In this document: piece by piece, positions 48,893 through 61,628 of the stretch | Position numbering within the stretch: the first letter of the stretch is position 1 | How the letters are laid out: the number at the start of each line of letters is the position of its first letter | DNA from: Trichoplax adhaerens | Taxonomy: Eukaryota; Animalia; Placozoa | Reading direction: 5' to 3' | DNA: 64,000 nt | NCBI RefSeq assembly: GCF_000150275.1 | Contig: NW_002060949.1 | Span: 5,327,006-5,391,005 of the forward strand | Position numbers and translations under genes: made by a program | The notes under the pieces: generated by a model | Database searches by the model: none | What the model saw: only the letters and a program-made list of their open reading frames with translations | What the model was told of the DNA's origin: nothing

Positions 48893-51129
48893 AGTGTTGT
48901 ACGACTAATGTAGGACGAAAAAATCAGTTCTGGATTGCTAGGAAGCGACAAGGACCAGTTCTGGCAGCGGTTGTCTAGTAACGTATTCATTACCATGGTG
49001 CTGTATAGCCTAAAGGACTACTGAATAACTCTAGTACAGTATGACGCAGTATACTAGACGTTGTATAGCAATAGCATCCATACTCCATATTGAATTTTAG
49101 ATCTTTGAATATGTATTTGTTACTATACATTTATACTTCTATATAGGATCAAAAAAGAAAATAATAACCGAGGCTAAGAGAACTTTCTCTTCAAAGTCCT
49201 AATAAAAGTAATGGAAAATTTACTAGATATGATAATTATAATCGATCTAAAATATACGTATTTAGCTATTTAGCTGAACGGCGCCTATAGTACGTGTATG
49301 CCAACATATGGACTATTATTCACTGTACCATAGTAATAAATATTCCCTAGCTTTTATCAACTATTTCTATAGGAATAGAATTAGCTTAGAAAGTACAGGA
49401 AATATGAAAAAATTACTTAATTTGGTGTACGGTGAATGATAGAGGATACTGTAACATTGTATAGCTTATTAATGCTCCGTAGGGTGATAGTTTCTGATAT
49501 TAATTCATGTACAGTACTCGTATAACCCGTATAATATCTTTCATTGGCCAAATTATTAATGATAATATAGGAGCAAAATTAAATAATAAATTACTCTTCT
49601 TATGACATGATTACTAAATCGACAGTAAATGAAGCAGGCAATGAGATTACGCTTTGTACTGCAGTGAAAATTAAGAACTACGTTATTCTGCAGGTGACTA
49701 TAGTAATTAAATTGATAGGGAATGAAATTAAGTCGAAATTGAATTATAGAATGAATTAGATAATCCATCATAAATTGCTATCATTTTGCAAAAGAGCTGT
49801 AATGTCATCTATACTGCACATAGTATTGCAATTACTGTTAGATCTTATTTAATTAATTTATTGTAGCACCTTAATATGAAAACTAGGGTTATAATGTTAT
49901 AAATCGAACGCTGACTTTTCTCGCAAATAATCAATGAAAAATAATAAATAAAAGCTAGAATATTTCCAATCTAGACTACTGACATTAGACACAGTATCCT
50001 CTTTTTTGGTTATATTAAGGTTTCATTACAATCATTTTGACCATGGCATTAATAAGAGTATTTGTACCCTACATATATGTTAGTAAATGAAGGAAAGTCT
50101 GATAAAAGAAATTCCAATAACAGATTACAAGTATAAACTTTGAAAAGCTTCGTCTGTAAAGTTGCATGACAGCCAACATGTTCATCTAAATACGCCGACT
50201 AAGAATATCCTTTACGATATTACTTTACAATCCGAAGCTCAAAATAAAACTCAGATTCGTAATAAGATTCAACCAAAATGTTGATAATAGGCCTCATTTT
50301 ATGGAGCAGTGTACAAGGTATACGGTCAGAAATTCCTGCAGCTAATATTGTAGTAAATGAGATTAACAAACTACCAAGTAATGCGCAGTTTATACAGTCA
50401 ATGTTGCATTTTAATTTAATGCCTGGAAGGACATTAATGTTGTACAATACAGCGTTTATTTGAAAAGTCTGACTTTCAAATTAATCAATAATATGAATAT
50501 AAAAAATAAGTCACATGCTGCAACGATTGCACCGTCAAATCAATTGCTAAATTTCTCTTTCTAGAATAATAAAAAATTTTTAATTTTTACGATTAAAACT
50601 AAGTAGGTATATTCTTAGTCTGATAGTAAATTATTAACTTAATACTTACAAACTGATTACTCTAACAAAGACAAGATAAAAAATTTCAAATCAATTTCAT
50701 CTCTAGAAATTAAAGAACGTATTCAGTGGCAGTATATCCATCCGTAATTGCGAACATTATGACAGAGTACGAATATGACTTTTAAAAAATGTAAGAAATG
50801 CACTAGATACAAGCTAACTAGACATTTTTAGATCGAAATATTGAAAGTTGTAAGAATTGCAACAATATCATATAGTATATTTTACGATTTTTAAAAGACT
50901 TTGTAAAATTATCATATCATTGGTTCGATAGTGTAGAATCGAATGTAGCATTACTAAGCATCATAAATCATTATAATGATCTTATTTCGTAAGCATAAAT
51001 TTACAGAAAATATCATTGAGTCAATACTGCTTTTATCAATCAAACAGTAATTGATTGATTGATTAGCAGAAAGAAATTATGCGATAGGCTTTAAATACTA
51101 TCAGCAACAAGGTATGTACATACTGAATT

Positions 51130-54100
51130 TTAACAACATCTACCAGATTCTTTAGTAACTGAAGTATTAGATGTTGCATTTAGATTAACTGTGTCCTTAT
51201 CTTTAGCTTCATCTGCCACACATTTATCATCATTATTCATAATCTGTAAATACAATAAATGTAAGTCAATACATCATAGTTATTATTAATGGATGAGCGT
51301 GAAGAATGTCCATTGGTGATAATATTGATTAATTTATAAAACTAAATACCTTCGATACTAAAAAATTTGCAGCCTCATCGATGTTGATATTCTCTTTCGC
51401 AGACGTTTCAAACCAGCCAGCAAACCCTTTCTCTTTACAATAATTATCTAAAGTTCCTCGAAAATTTGCGAGACTTTCCATATCTATATCACACTGAAAG
51501 ACAGATTTTCAGGTATAGTGAGAACAAAAAGGCCCAACCGTTGTCATTGACAAAGTTATGTGTCAAACATTAAGAATCGTAAACTATACAGTAGTTGCTC
51601 AATGTTTGAAACTTACTTTATTTGCCAACAATACTACTGGTATAGCCATATCTTCTCCGATGGTAACTTTACTGTCCAAGTCGCTCTTCCACTTTTGCAC
51701 AGCATCAAATGTTGATGCCCTCGAAATATCGAAAACTATAAAAGCTCCAACCGCTTCCCGATAGTAAACCTGAATTTAACCAAATGTACCATAAAATTAT
51801 CAAATCTACGGACAGAGATAAATAGTAAAACAGCAACAAAAGCAATAAATCTAGCAGACCTTAAATGCAGTTTGAAATACAGTTACTCATTATCACTTGA
51901 AAATACATTCAAATTTTACGAATAGTATGGCTAATTAAAATGATATTTTAGCAAAATTTACCCTCGTCATATTTCCGAATCTCTCTTGACCTGAAATTAA
52001 TAGTATCGATGGTTAACTAATAAGTTACCAATAACTGCTATTTGACTAATTATGGCATACAACATATATTGGCGTATAATGGTGTACAATAATTATCAGT
52101 TACTAAAAATGAGAATTATTACAGATTCTGTATCTACAAAAAATATGAGAGCGATGGTACAACATACACAGCATACCTGCTATATCCCATAGTTGTAACC
52201 TTACTACCGAATTGGAATCTTTCCAATCAATGACTTTTAGAGCAAAATCTACACCAATCTAAAAATTTAAGAATGCTTGATATCAAAAATGTTGGCGCGA
52301 TTATATCTACCTGTCAATAGATTCATACATACTGTCATCATAAGCTATATTGTGTATCGTACAGCTTAGCAACAATAAGGATTGATCTAATTCTGTTACG
52401 ATTGCACGAAACAATTTGTATAAAATACAGCATTCCATTTACTGCCACTTACCTAATGAAACATTTATCACAACGAATATAAGATGCAGTAATAACTAAT
52501 ACTTGTAGTGAATTAGAAGGTGTTATTTTTTTTCAATATTTTTCATTAGCATCATACTATCATTTAAATATTAAAAGTGTGACGTCAATCATACCGTAGC
52601 TCTATATTGAGTGGAGAAAAACTGATGAACATATCGCTTGATAATACTTGTTTTACCCACTCCTAGATCACCAATAACTAGGATCTTGTACAGGTATTCT
52701 TTTTTTGCTGCAATATTAGCCTAGCAGAAATATTAACTTTTTTTAGTATTATGTAAAAGATCAACAACCGTCAGTTTGTCATTACGCGTGTAAACGCGTA
52801 TAGATATTATTTTATGTACGAGTAGACGAGTATATACATACAATGTTATGCATACCCATATATCGCACTATCTATTACTAAATTACTAACAGTAAATAAC
52901 GTAATGGGCCAAAATGATATTTATTCTATCAAGAAGACAATAAGGATGGGTACTGGATAGTGTGTTTGTGTGTGTCCTTCATATCCATGATTTTAAGATT
53001 AAATCAAGGCTATGCATAATCGTAAAATGTGAATATACAGTAAATATGATAACATGGGTTCAACGTAAATGCTATAAAAAACAGTGAAATTATCTGATTT
53101 GATCTTGTACCTCGTATAGCACTCTACCGATAAAACTGTATAACATAAGTTGGTATGGCTAGAGTCTGCAGTATATTTATTATACTCAAAGATAGAGACA
53201 TGTTGGTAATTTTCGCGTATAGCAGTTTTCTTTTCTTGCATAAATAATTTAACTACTGTACAGTATAATACTGAAAGATGCATTTACTTTCAGTGCTATA
53301 AATCAATGAAGCTATTCGATTTTAAGGATAGGATCTTCTCTATACCACTTGACCGATAAAACTGTGTAACTTTATAAGTTCACATGACTAGAGTCTATCG
53401 CACATTGATTCTACTAACGGATACAAGCCTATCGGTTATTTTGGACAATAAATGTTGAAAGTATATCTGTTGTTGTATATTTGTACTGTATGTAGTGCAG
53501 AGCTGTATATCGTATATCTTATGATTTTGGGGCAAAGTGGGCAAGAAAGGTAATTACTGTAGGGTGTATTATAGTGATTGATGACGGCAGGCAATGGAAA
53601 ATACGCGTGTGGAAGACTAATTCATTTTTCAGTGCAAAGCGTTGATGGAATATTTCAATTTGTAAAAGTATCAATGTTATTTGACCCCCTTTCAAGAATG
53701 CACAATAGTAATAGAAAAATAAATAAGCCAATAGATATCTGTTTAGTAATCAGTAAATATGATTGGGGTTATTATTTGCTAGAAATTTGGCGTTTACTAT
53801 CTTCTGTAAGCCATGAGTTATATCACCTATACAACGATTGGTGATAATGGAACATTTTAGGCATATAACTCATGGCTTAACAATCTAATCTATACAGTAG
53901 TATGGTCTTACTCTCGTCAGTATACGACTACTGCACTGATTGGAAGAGGGGGCGCTATTTGCAAGGAATACGAAGCTGAGATGATATGTATGATTCAAGC
54001 AGGCTAGTTGATGAACTGTTTCACGGTCAATAGACAATGAATGCATTTACGAAGGTCTTGCGAGTTTTATCAATGGAGACCATGGCATCAATAAATCTTC

Positions 54101-54717
54101 TACAGTACAAGAATTAACGATACATGCGATCTAGGGCAAGAAGATGCGCCATCCACTCTACCGTTTCAGTAGCATCGCATTTAGTCGATGAATACACTAT
54201 GCGTTGTGGGATCTGAACTTGTAGAAAAATGCAATTGATTCCATTGGACACTTGCTAGCCTACATATGCCTCTCTAAATAGTGAATAGACACATCAATAT
54301 ATTGTGGTTTAGTGTTATAAGACATGAAGAAGCAATATCATCTTGGGCAATATGTAGTCAATGGATGATGAACCAATGCTGTCATCCTCCTCCATGATTG
54401 TATTTATTGACAGTGACTACCAATATTGACCTAAGCAGCAGCTATCGTAACCTGTAGTACAGTACAAATACATTTGTATACCAACCATAACAGAATCCAA
54501 TGGAGACACAACAACTGAGTGGCTGTCTATCGATCGATTGTCTTTCTTCTTGACGTTGAACGATTGAAAAGTAAAGGAAACAAGGCAAGAAAGCAAATCC
54601 AGCTAGGTAATCCTCCTTGGCTGTGATGTTGTTCGTTGAAAGCAAATACTATGCAGAAATTGGTAGTTGTGTATTTTTTTTTTTTTCTACAGCATCTGCA
54701 GTTGCGTACGATACCAT
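51130..54717 (-). CDS. RAB32: Canonical Rab32/38 GTPase
   Basis: Exons 52595-52720 (KEYLYKILVIGDLGVGKTSIIKRYVHQFFSTQYRAT), 52177-52258 (IGVDFALKVIDW...WDIA), 51962-51990 (GQERFGNMTR), 51617-51769 (VYYREAVGAF...LANK), 51350-51493 (CD...WFETSAKENINID), 51130-51243 (...GRCC*). The ATG-only first exon is tentatively placed at 54715-54717. Confidence 0.93.
53088..53420. repeat. Diverged duplication about 230 bp apart in Rab32 intron 1
   Basis: GATCTT...TATA.CACT..ACCGATAAAACTGT.TAAC..ATAAGTT...ATG.CTAGAGTCT occurs near 53100 and 53331. Confidence 0.7.
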
Positions 54718-55016
54718 TCGGCGTTGTGACATCACTGACATGGTCCATCGACACCGTACTCCACCCTAGTGCTAGTGTCATACACTATTACACACTAGTA
54801 CTAGTGTCATACACTATTGCGTCATAAAATATCCCATGGACGATTGGACATGCTGACACTCAGCAGTCCGATGTCGTACAGTGTACAGTGTGTCGTACTG
54901 TACAATACATGACCACACCCACACCATACTGTACAGTACAGTACAGTACTGTACTGTAAGAAACATAAAAGAGGTTGACTCGCTTTTTCTTCCGCCAGCG
55001 GATCATGGGTTACACG

Positions 55017-55562
55017 CATGATTCTCTGAGCTGGATTTTCTTTTCTAGTAGCCCTACAGACTGACAGAGTCGACCGACAGAGCTGGATTTTTCTTTTCTA
55101 CAGTAGTAGCCCTATACTCAGTGAGCTCTGCTGTACAGTGTACAGTGTACAGTACTCGCATCGACTTCAGTACTGTAGACTGTACTGTACTGTACTGTAC
55201 TGTACTCTAAACATGATTCTCTGAGCTGGATTTTCTTTTCTAGTAGCCCTACAGACTGACAGAGACGACCGACAGAGCTGGATTTTTCTTTTCTAGTAGC
55301 CCTAATAGCCCTATACTGTACTGTACACAGTGAGCTCTGCTGTACAGTGTACACTGTACAGTACTCGTATCAACTTCAGTACTGTAGACTGTACAGTACA
55401 GTACTGTACTCTGAATATGATTCTCTGAGCTGGATTTTTCTTTTCTAGTAGCCTTACAGTGACTCAATGGGCTCTGCTGTACAGTACAGTACAGTACAGT
55501 GTACAATGTACTGTACTGTACACTCAGTGAGCTCTGCCGTACAGTGTACAGTGTACAGTACT
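55017..55562. repeat. Composite tandem repeat of about 195-205 bp with CTGTA/TACAG microsatellite, in the Rab32-CCS divergent promoter
   Basis: ATGATTCTCTGAGCTGGATTTTCTTTTCTAGTAGCC at about 55018, 55212 and 55417; internal duplication of GAGCTGGATTTTTCTTTTCTA; (CTGTA)n and (TACAG)n runs. Confidence 0.92.
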
Positions 55563-55710
55563 TGGACTCTCGACTACAGTACTATGGACTGTACTCGAGA
55601 ACACTACAGACCAGGCTCATACTGACATACTGTATGAGCATGGTCTCTAGTGTTATCTAGTGTCTAATCTAGTGTAATCTAGTGCAATCTTATGATAAAA
55701 TCCGTAAGCT

Positions 55711-55720
55711 AGCCAATCAG
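55711..55720 (+). promoter_or_regulatory. CCAAT box upstream of CCS
   Basis: AGCCAATCAG matches the NF-Y consensus and lies about 40 bp before the ATG at 55757. Confidence 0.5.
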
Positions 55721-55756
55721 TCACTCCATCGGTAATTCTGTCCTCAGCGAACCAAA

Positions 55757-58360
55757 ATGGCTACTCCTACTCGGGTAAATAAAACAGATAGAATTAAATA
55801 CAATTTGTAACTATAGGATAGAGTAGAGAGGGTAACTTGCAAGTAAAAAGTCTTTACACTGATTCAAAAGGATGTTGCATTCTAGAATAGGACTAACACG
55901 GTTTCTAATTGTTCATAGATGGAATTTGCAGTACACATGACATGCAACACTTGCGTCGACAAGGTTAAGGATGCTCTCAATGGTGTTGAAGGTGAGCTCT
56001 TGGTGTCGATAGTAGTCATACTTGCATACGTTTTGAATTCTATCATATCCATAGCTTGTATCATCCTACGAATTAGAGTGTTAACGATCCTTGCAACTGT
56101 CTATAAAACCACACCATTACACTGTGTTAGAAGAAAAATTGGGCACTAGACCCTCTGCCGTTGTCTGCTGTACCTGTAATCATGGTACATGTTACATTTA
56201 AAAGCTTCAGAATATTACACTAGCTCGTCCGGTACTATCCCAATAAATGACATAGGCGTATATATGCATGCTTATTAAACACCGCAACATCATTTTCGTA
56301 AACTGAATAATATTTTAAAGTGACAAATGAATAAGCAGAAGTTATTATTACTCTCCATATCAAACACTGTTTCAAAATTGAGCCATGATCTTGCTCATCA
56401 CAAAATGCACAGGTCGCGTCGACAACAATTCGCTACAGCACCGCACCATGGGTATTGTAATTCAAGGCTGAATTTTAGTCAATGTATAGTCCATAGTCCA
56501 ATCTTTCTTTGCTAATCTCTTACTGTACAGTACGCCCTCTTACAGGATAACTGTAATCGCTTAAACCATATATTGTTTGTTTAGTATGTAATGCAATCAT
56601 AATAATACGTAGTTGTAATGCAACCATAATAATAAGTAGTGGTCCAAACATTACCCTATACTTGTTACAATATTTGTATACTGTATCATGGTCTATGAAA
56701 TACTCCCCAAGGGAAGTATTTCGTAGTCCATGACTGTATACTACATCAGGATTATGAATTGATTTGTAGCTATGCGAATACATTTAAATTTCTTTCTACT
56801 CAAAGTAAGTCATCTATCAGTTTAATTGAATAATCGATAGTACAATGGTGAACTTTAATACTGTTTACCGCTTTAGCTTAAATGCTTCGTCGCCGTAGTA
56901 ATAACTATTTTTAAATTAACCCGTACAGTATCTAGCAAAGTCTCAGCTAATGGCAGTGCTGTATATTTACTGCTTACACATAAACTTTCAAATAACAAGA
57001 GTTGCAACCTGTAAAGATACGTAACCACCTAGCTAACGATTGTTTGTTGATTGTTGCAGGTATAGACAACTACATGATAAGTTTAGCTGAAGAGCAAGTC
57101 ATAATTGATAGCGCTCTACCAATGGCACAACTACATAATCTACTTGTTACAACCGGATTAACAGTTATAATGAGAGGTCAAGGAGCTGCAACCGAAGGTA
57201 ATAATAGTCTACGATTAATCTCTAATTGCTACTAATGTGGTCTATGACGAAATGAATAGGTTAACCAAAGTAATTTAAAAGTAAATTTACTTATACATGT
57301 GCATCACTTGCTGTCGCTACTCGCACGATCAATCCTGACATAATGGATAGAATTACACAGCAGTCGGATGGACTGTCATTTAGTACTTGGTTCGTATATG
57401 ACATCATATCGCCTGTTGCATATTAATATTATAGGTGCCTCACATCTAGGAGCTGCTGTTTCAATATTATCTGGCACAAGTGTTAAGGGATTAGTACGAT
57501 TTACACAGGTATCTACGGTAGCTACAATTGCAGCTAGTAAGAATACCTAGCAACTATTTAAGATAGTAATTGTACAGTATTATCATAGATCTATATTCCT
57601 TCCTTTGCTATTTCTAGTTATCAGCTGATAAATGCATGATAGAGGGTACCGTAGACAATCTAAGACCTGGTAATTATGATATCAAAATTCATGAATACGG
57701 TGATTTATCGGATGGTTGCAATAAGTAAGTAAACGTACAAAAGTGTAATAGACACTATGATTTAGACTAACAATGTCCTACAAAATACCTATCATTAAGT
57801 TCATTTATTCATATGGTTATAGTTGTGGAGATATTTTTAATCCATATGAATATCCTCATGGCAACAACAATACTTCTGCTAGAGTAAGCTACAGTTATAG
57901 CTTTAAAATTAGCCAATTATGAGAAAATCAACTTCTAGCTTTCCGAACAATATTAAGTAGATGCTGAATTTTGCTCTAACCTATCTTTACTATATCAGAA
58001 ATTGGGTGATATTGGTAGCATGACTGCAAATAAGAACGGTCGCGCAATGTTCAGAATTGAAGATGACACAGTCAAAGTCTGGGACGTCATTGGTCGTTCG
58101 GTTATTATTCATGATAAACAAGTAGAATCCAGTGGTAAATCTTTGGCTTCTAGGTACATTAGGTTATGTGTTGGATTTGCACGTAAGGCCTGTGTATGAT
58201 TTTTTGACTTTAATTTTTGCATTGTCGCAGAATCACATGTGGAATTATTGCAAGATCTGCTGGATTATTTGAAAATTCCAAGAAGTTTTGTGCTTGTGAT
58301 GGGAAAACATTATGGGAAGATAAGCCATTAACTAACAAAAGCCCACAAGCATCTTTATAA
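55757..58360 (+). CDS. CCS: Copper chaperone for superoxide dismutase, 8 exons
   Basis: MATPTR then [13 protein letters not shown] (Atx1-like MxCxxC domain I); SOD-like domain II ([38 protein letters not shown]); domain III CxC ([11 protein letters not shown]); TAA 58358-58360. Confidence 0.96.
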
Positions 58361-59022
58361 TTTGATACACTGCTCAGCTAAAATATCATCATATTACCCA
58401 TCACTAACAAATGATCAATTTTTTTAGCTACTTAAAATTGAGAATAGATTACTAAATGTTGTAAGCCGAGTCATTCTATCTATCAAATAATACTTATTAC
58501 GAGATAAATCAGATGCTTTACTACTTGAAAATTAAAATGATTTCTGATCAAAGTTAACACTATAGCATAATTTATGGTATTTAAATGAAGTTTATGATAA
58601 ATGTAACTGATGCATTATTGATTACAAATCGAATCATAATAATCAAGACTGTTAGGATTAGGTCTTTCCAAAATGCCTGTATGAATTAATCACCCCAGCC
58701 TTTTGATCTGACAATATAAGTCGTTGCATAAATGTTCGTAATTTTATTTAAATAGTTTATTTAAAAAGATTTTCAATATAATAAGATTAACGACATAAAT
58801 CTCTGTTTGTCATTTTTTAATTGTATAACGAATTCTTGTTTAACATACCGGATTGGGTTTACGAAATAGAACGCAAAATAACTGAGCCCGAATCACTTAA
58901 AAAAAATGTTTCGTAAAGCAAGCACTAGTTACTGGGATATAATAAATTACGTTACGCTTAGCTAGCGACATTGCAGTAATGCTAATCGTAAAGTGAACTA
59001 TCCAGATTGACATTTTTTAAGT

Positions 59023-61332
59023 CTAATTTCTACCAGGTAAACGATTAATTTGACGTTCAATAACGATAGTCCCACTAATAATGTCATATGCGGTTCTTCC
59101 ATGCTTGAATAACATAATTGTTAAAATAACAGGAAAGAAAAACATGGTAGAAAAGTTCTTTATCACAGACCTCATGATAGACCTATATTGAAAAAGCGAT
59201 ACGGTGTTAAGTTTGAGCGTGACATACAACTATGAGAGGACAATGAATTATAAGGAGATAGGGCTTTCATTATTCAGTAGTAATAACACATTGCTAAGAC
59301 TAGAAGTATTCTTGGTTAAATGTTACCTAGTTCTATGTTAATGTAAACAGAATCAGTATACATATTCAAATTTAATTTATCAAACCTTTGCCAGTTTAAA
59401 CTATCTCCTGGAAATACTTGTACGTATCCGTGATTGTTTCCTGTATTGCCATCATCGATAATAGCATCACATGCAATTACCTGTATACCAACAATTAACT
59501 TCCCAATTGTCATACCGTTACCAACGCCTTTGTACAGGCAAATAGTCTTCAATGAAGAGTAATATTTACACGTCATATAATTTTAAAAACTTTCAAGTAT
59601 ATTAGGGCTATGCACAATTGTATCAGCCAATAAAGTTACGTGATTGATTAATGTTATATTAAGAGTAAGTAAACCCCACGATAACGCTTGTTAGAGAATA
59701 GAATTACGGCAAAGTTGCATTGCTACTGCTGCTTAGCTGTACACTGTAAGTCTATATGCCATAGATACAGTATAATAAAGACTGCATAATAATCCAGGTC
59801 GTACATATTGGAATAATCCAGCAGAAAATAGCAATTATAACTCTTTATCGATACCATACAGTAGGTTAAAATACAGTAACTACGAGTCTGTGAGCACACA
59901 AGAGTCTAATCAAACCTAATACGTAACATAGCTGCTTATCCTATAGATTAATTTATGTTAGCATATAGTAAATACCATTTAACAGTACAGTACATTGTAA
60001 AAGCTCTATTTGTTAAAGCTTCTCTAGAAGTAACCATTAGTAATAACTTAGCACTAACAGGGACTACTAAAACACGTAATTTCTAGCATAACTATCCTAA
60101 AATATACAGTAGACATTTTATGTTACCTTACATACCTCAATAATGAAGACAAATATTCTATAAAATATCGCGTAAACGATAATCAATTGTAAATCTTCGG
60201 CGTTGTATCTATCTTCTATTAAAACACGCAATTGTGCTTGAGAGAATTTAGCTTCGATCCTGTTTAGACCCGAAAAATAAAGATACATTTAAAAAAAAGT
60301 AGTCTTTAAAGCTACAGTACAAGTATACAGTATAGTAACTATTCTGAGGATAGTGAAAAGAAATGACTTTCTGAAATTGATTGGCAATACATTACTGAAT
60401 GAATCTTAAAAATAGGTCGTATACAGTAGACGTTTGCAATATCAAATTATTGGACTGTATCTAATTTACTATCAACTACAATACAATAGCAATTGCAGCA
60501 CTAGCTTTATGGCTTGAAGATAAGCAAGGTGATCAATGCTGACGAATAACCAATTTCATTGTGATTGATATTAGATACTAAAATCAAATCAGTTTGACAA
60601 AAGTAATTACTGAATTGTTTGGAATTATCAATATGAAAACTCACCCGTGATAAGACAATATCATGGTTTTAACTGTGAAGATTATGAGAAAGTCAATCAT
60701 TTCAGCAAATACCCTTTTTGCAAGACTTGCAGGTTTAACTCCTATTCAATAAAAACAAGTATTCAATCCAAGCTATTCGCTGTAAACATGCACTAAAATA
60801 TTGATGTAGACGTGTAACAATTTTCTTCATGTACGAATATCTACATTAGATGTATATCGTTAACAGGTACACTGGTACAGTACAGTGCTCCATTAGATAA
60901 AATGCATGTAGTGACTAATGATTCAATCTACAAGTCAGTCTTTAGCTAAATGAGAGCAATTTCCAAACCTTGCTGTCTATTGAGGAGACGAGTTGTGCGC
61001 CTGATGTGAGTTGACGAATTGGTATTGGTTGTACTTGGTGATTGATTGCTATTGGGCTGATTTCTGTTTATTTGGTTGTTTTTGTAATAATTATTATAAT
61101 GTAATAATGCCATATAATGATTGTAGTAATAGTAGTAGTAGAAATAATATTGCCATATCCTAGTCAACGTGTGGATATCGTTTTTATTTACACCGTGATT
61201 ATGATCACCGCCATTATTTTTGGCTTCATTTTGATTGTCTGGCGTATCTTTTCCCCCTTGATCGTTCTCCTCCTTTTGGTTTCTTTGTTTTAAATCGTTA
61301 TCGTTCTGACGGCTGCCAACGGATGTCGCCAT
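59023..61332 (-). CDS. FAM8A1: FAM8A1-like RDD-domain membrane protein (HRD1 ERAD cofactor family)
   Basis: Spliced protein includes ASLAKRVFAEMIDFLIIFTVK, GMTIGKLIVGIQVIACD and RSVIKNFSTMFFFPVILTIMLFKHGRTAYDIISGTIVI, typical of the FAM8A1 RDD domain. Confidence 0.85.
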
Positions 61333-61503
61333 GATGCTAATTTGCGCAATAAATAATACTATTTCTCCCTTGTTTTTAGATTGTTATTAAATATAAAGTC
61401 ATAATCAAGTGGATTTTATAAGCCACAGTCGAGTTTCGCGTTAGTAATACTAATCTTCGCTCAACAACTGTAAGACGTCCACTGGCACTTGTGACTTGTG
61501 ACT

Positions 61504-61607
61504 AGGTTACCTGGGTAATATACTGTAGGCTCTTCCGTCCGTCCCATACACATGGTAGACTGTATCACACACCCGGCAATATACAGTATACTACCCGGCC
61601 ATAACCT
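61504..61607. repeat. 104-bp element with imperfect terminal inverted repeats of about 24 bp (MITE-like)
   Basis: Left AGGTTACCTGGGTAATATACTGTA (61504-61527); reverse complement of right end (61582-61607) is AGGTTATGGCCGGGTAGTATACTGTA. Confidence 0.55.
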
Positions 61608-61628
61608 TGTCAAAATATCATTCCTGTA

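Noticed and set aside
54822-55506. YSTVLYCTV-type ORFs
   Set aside because: Translations of the pentamer and composite repeat.
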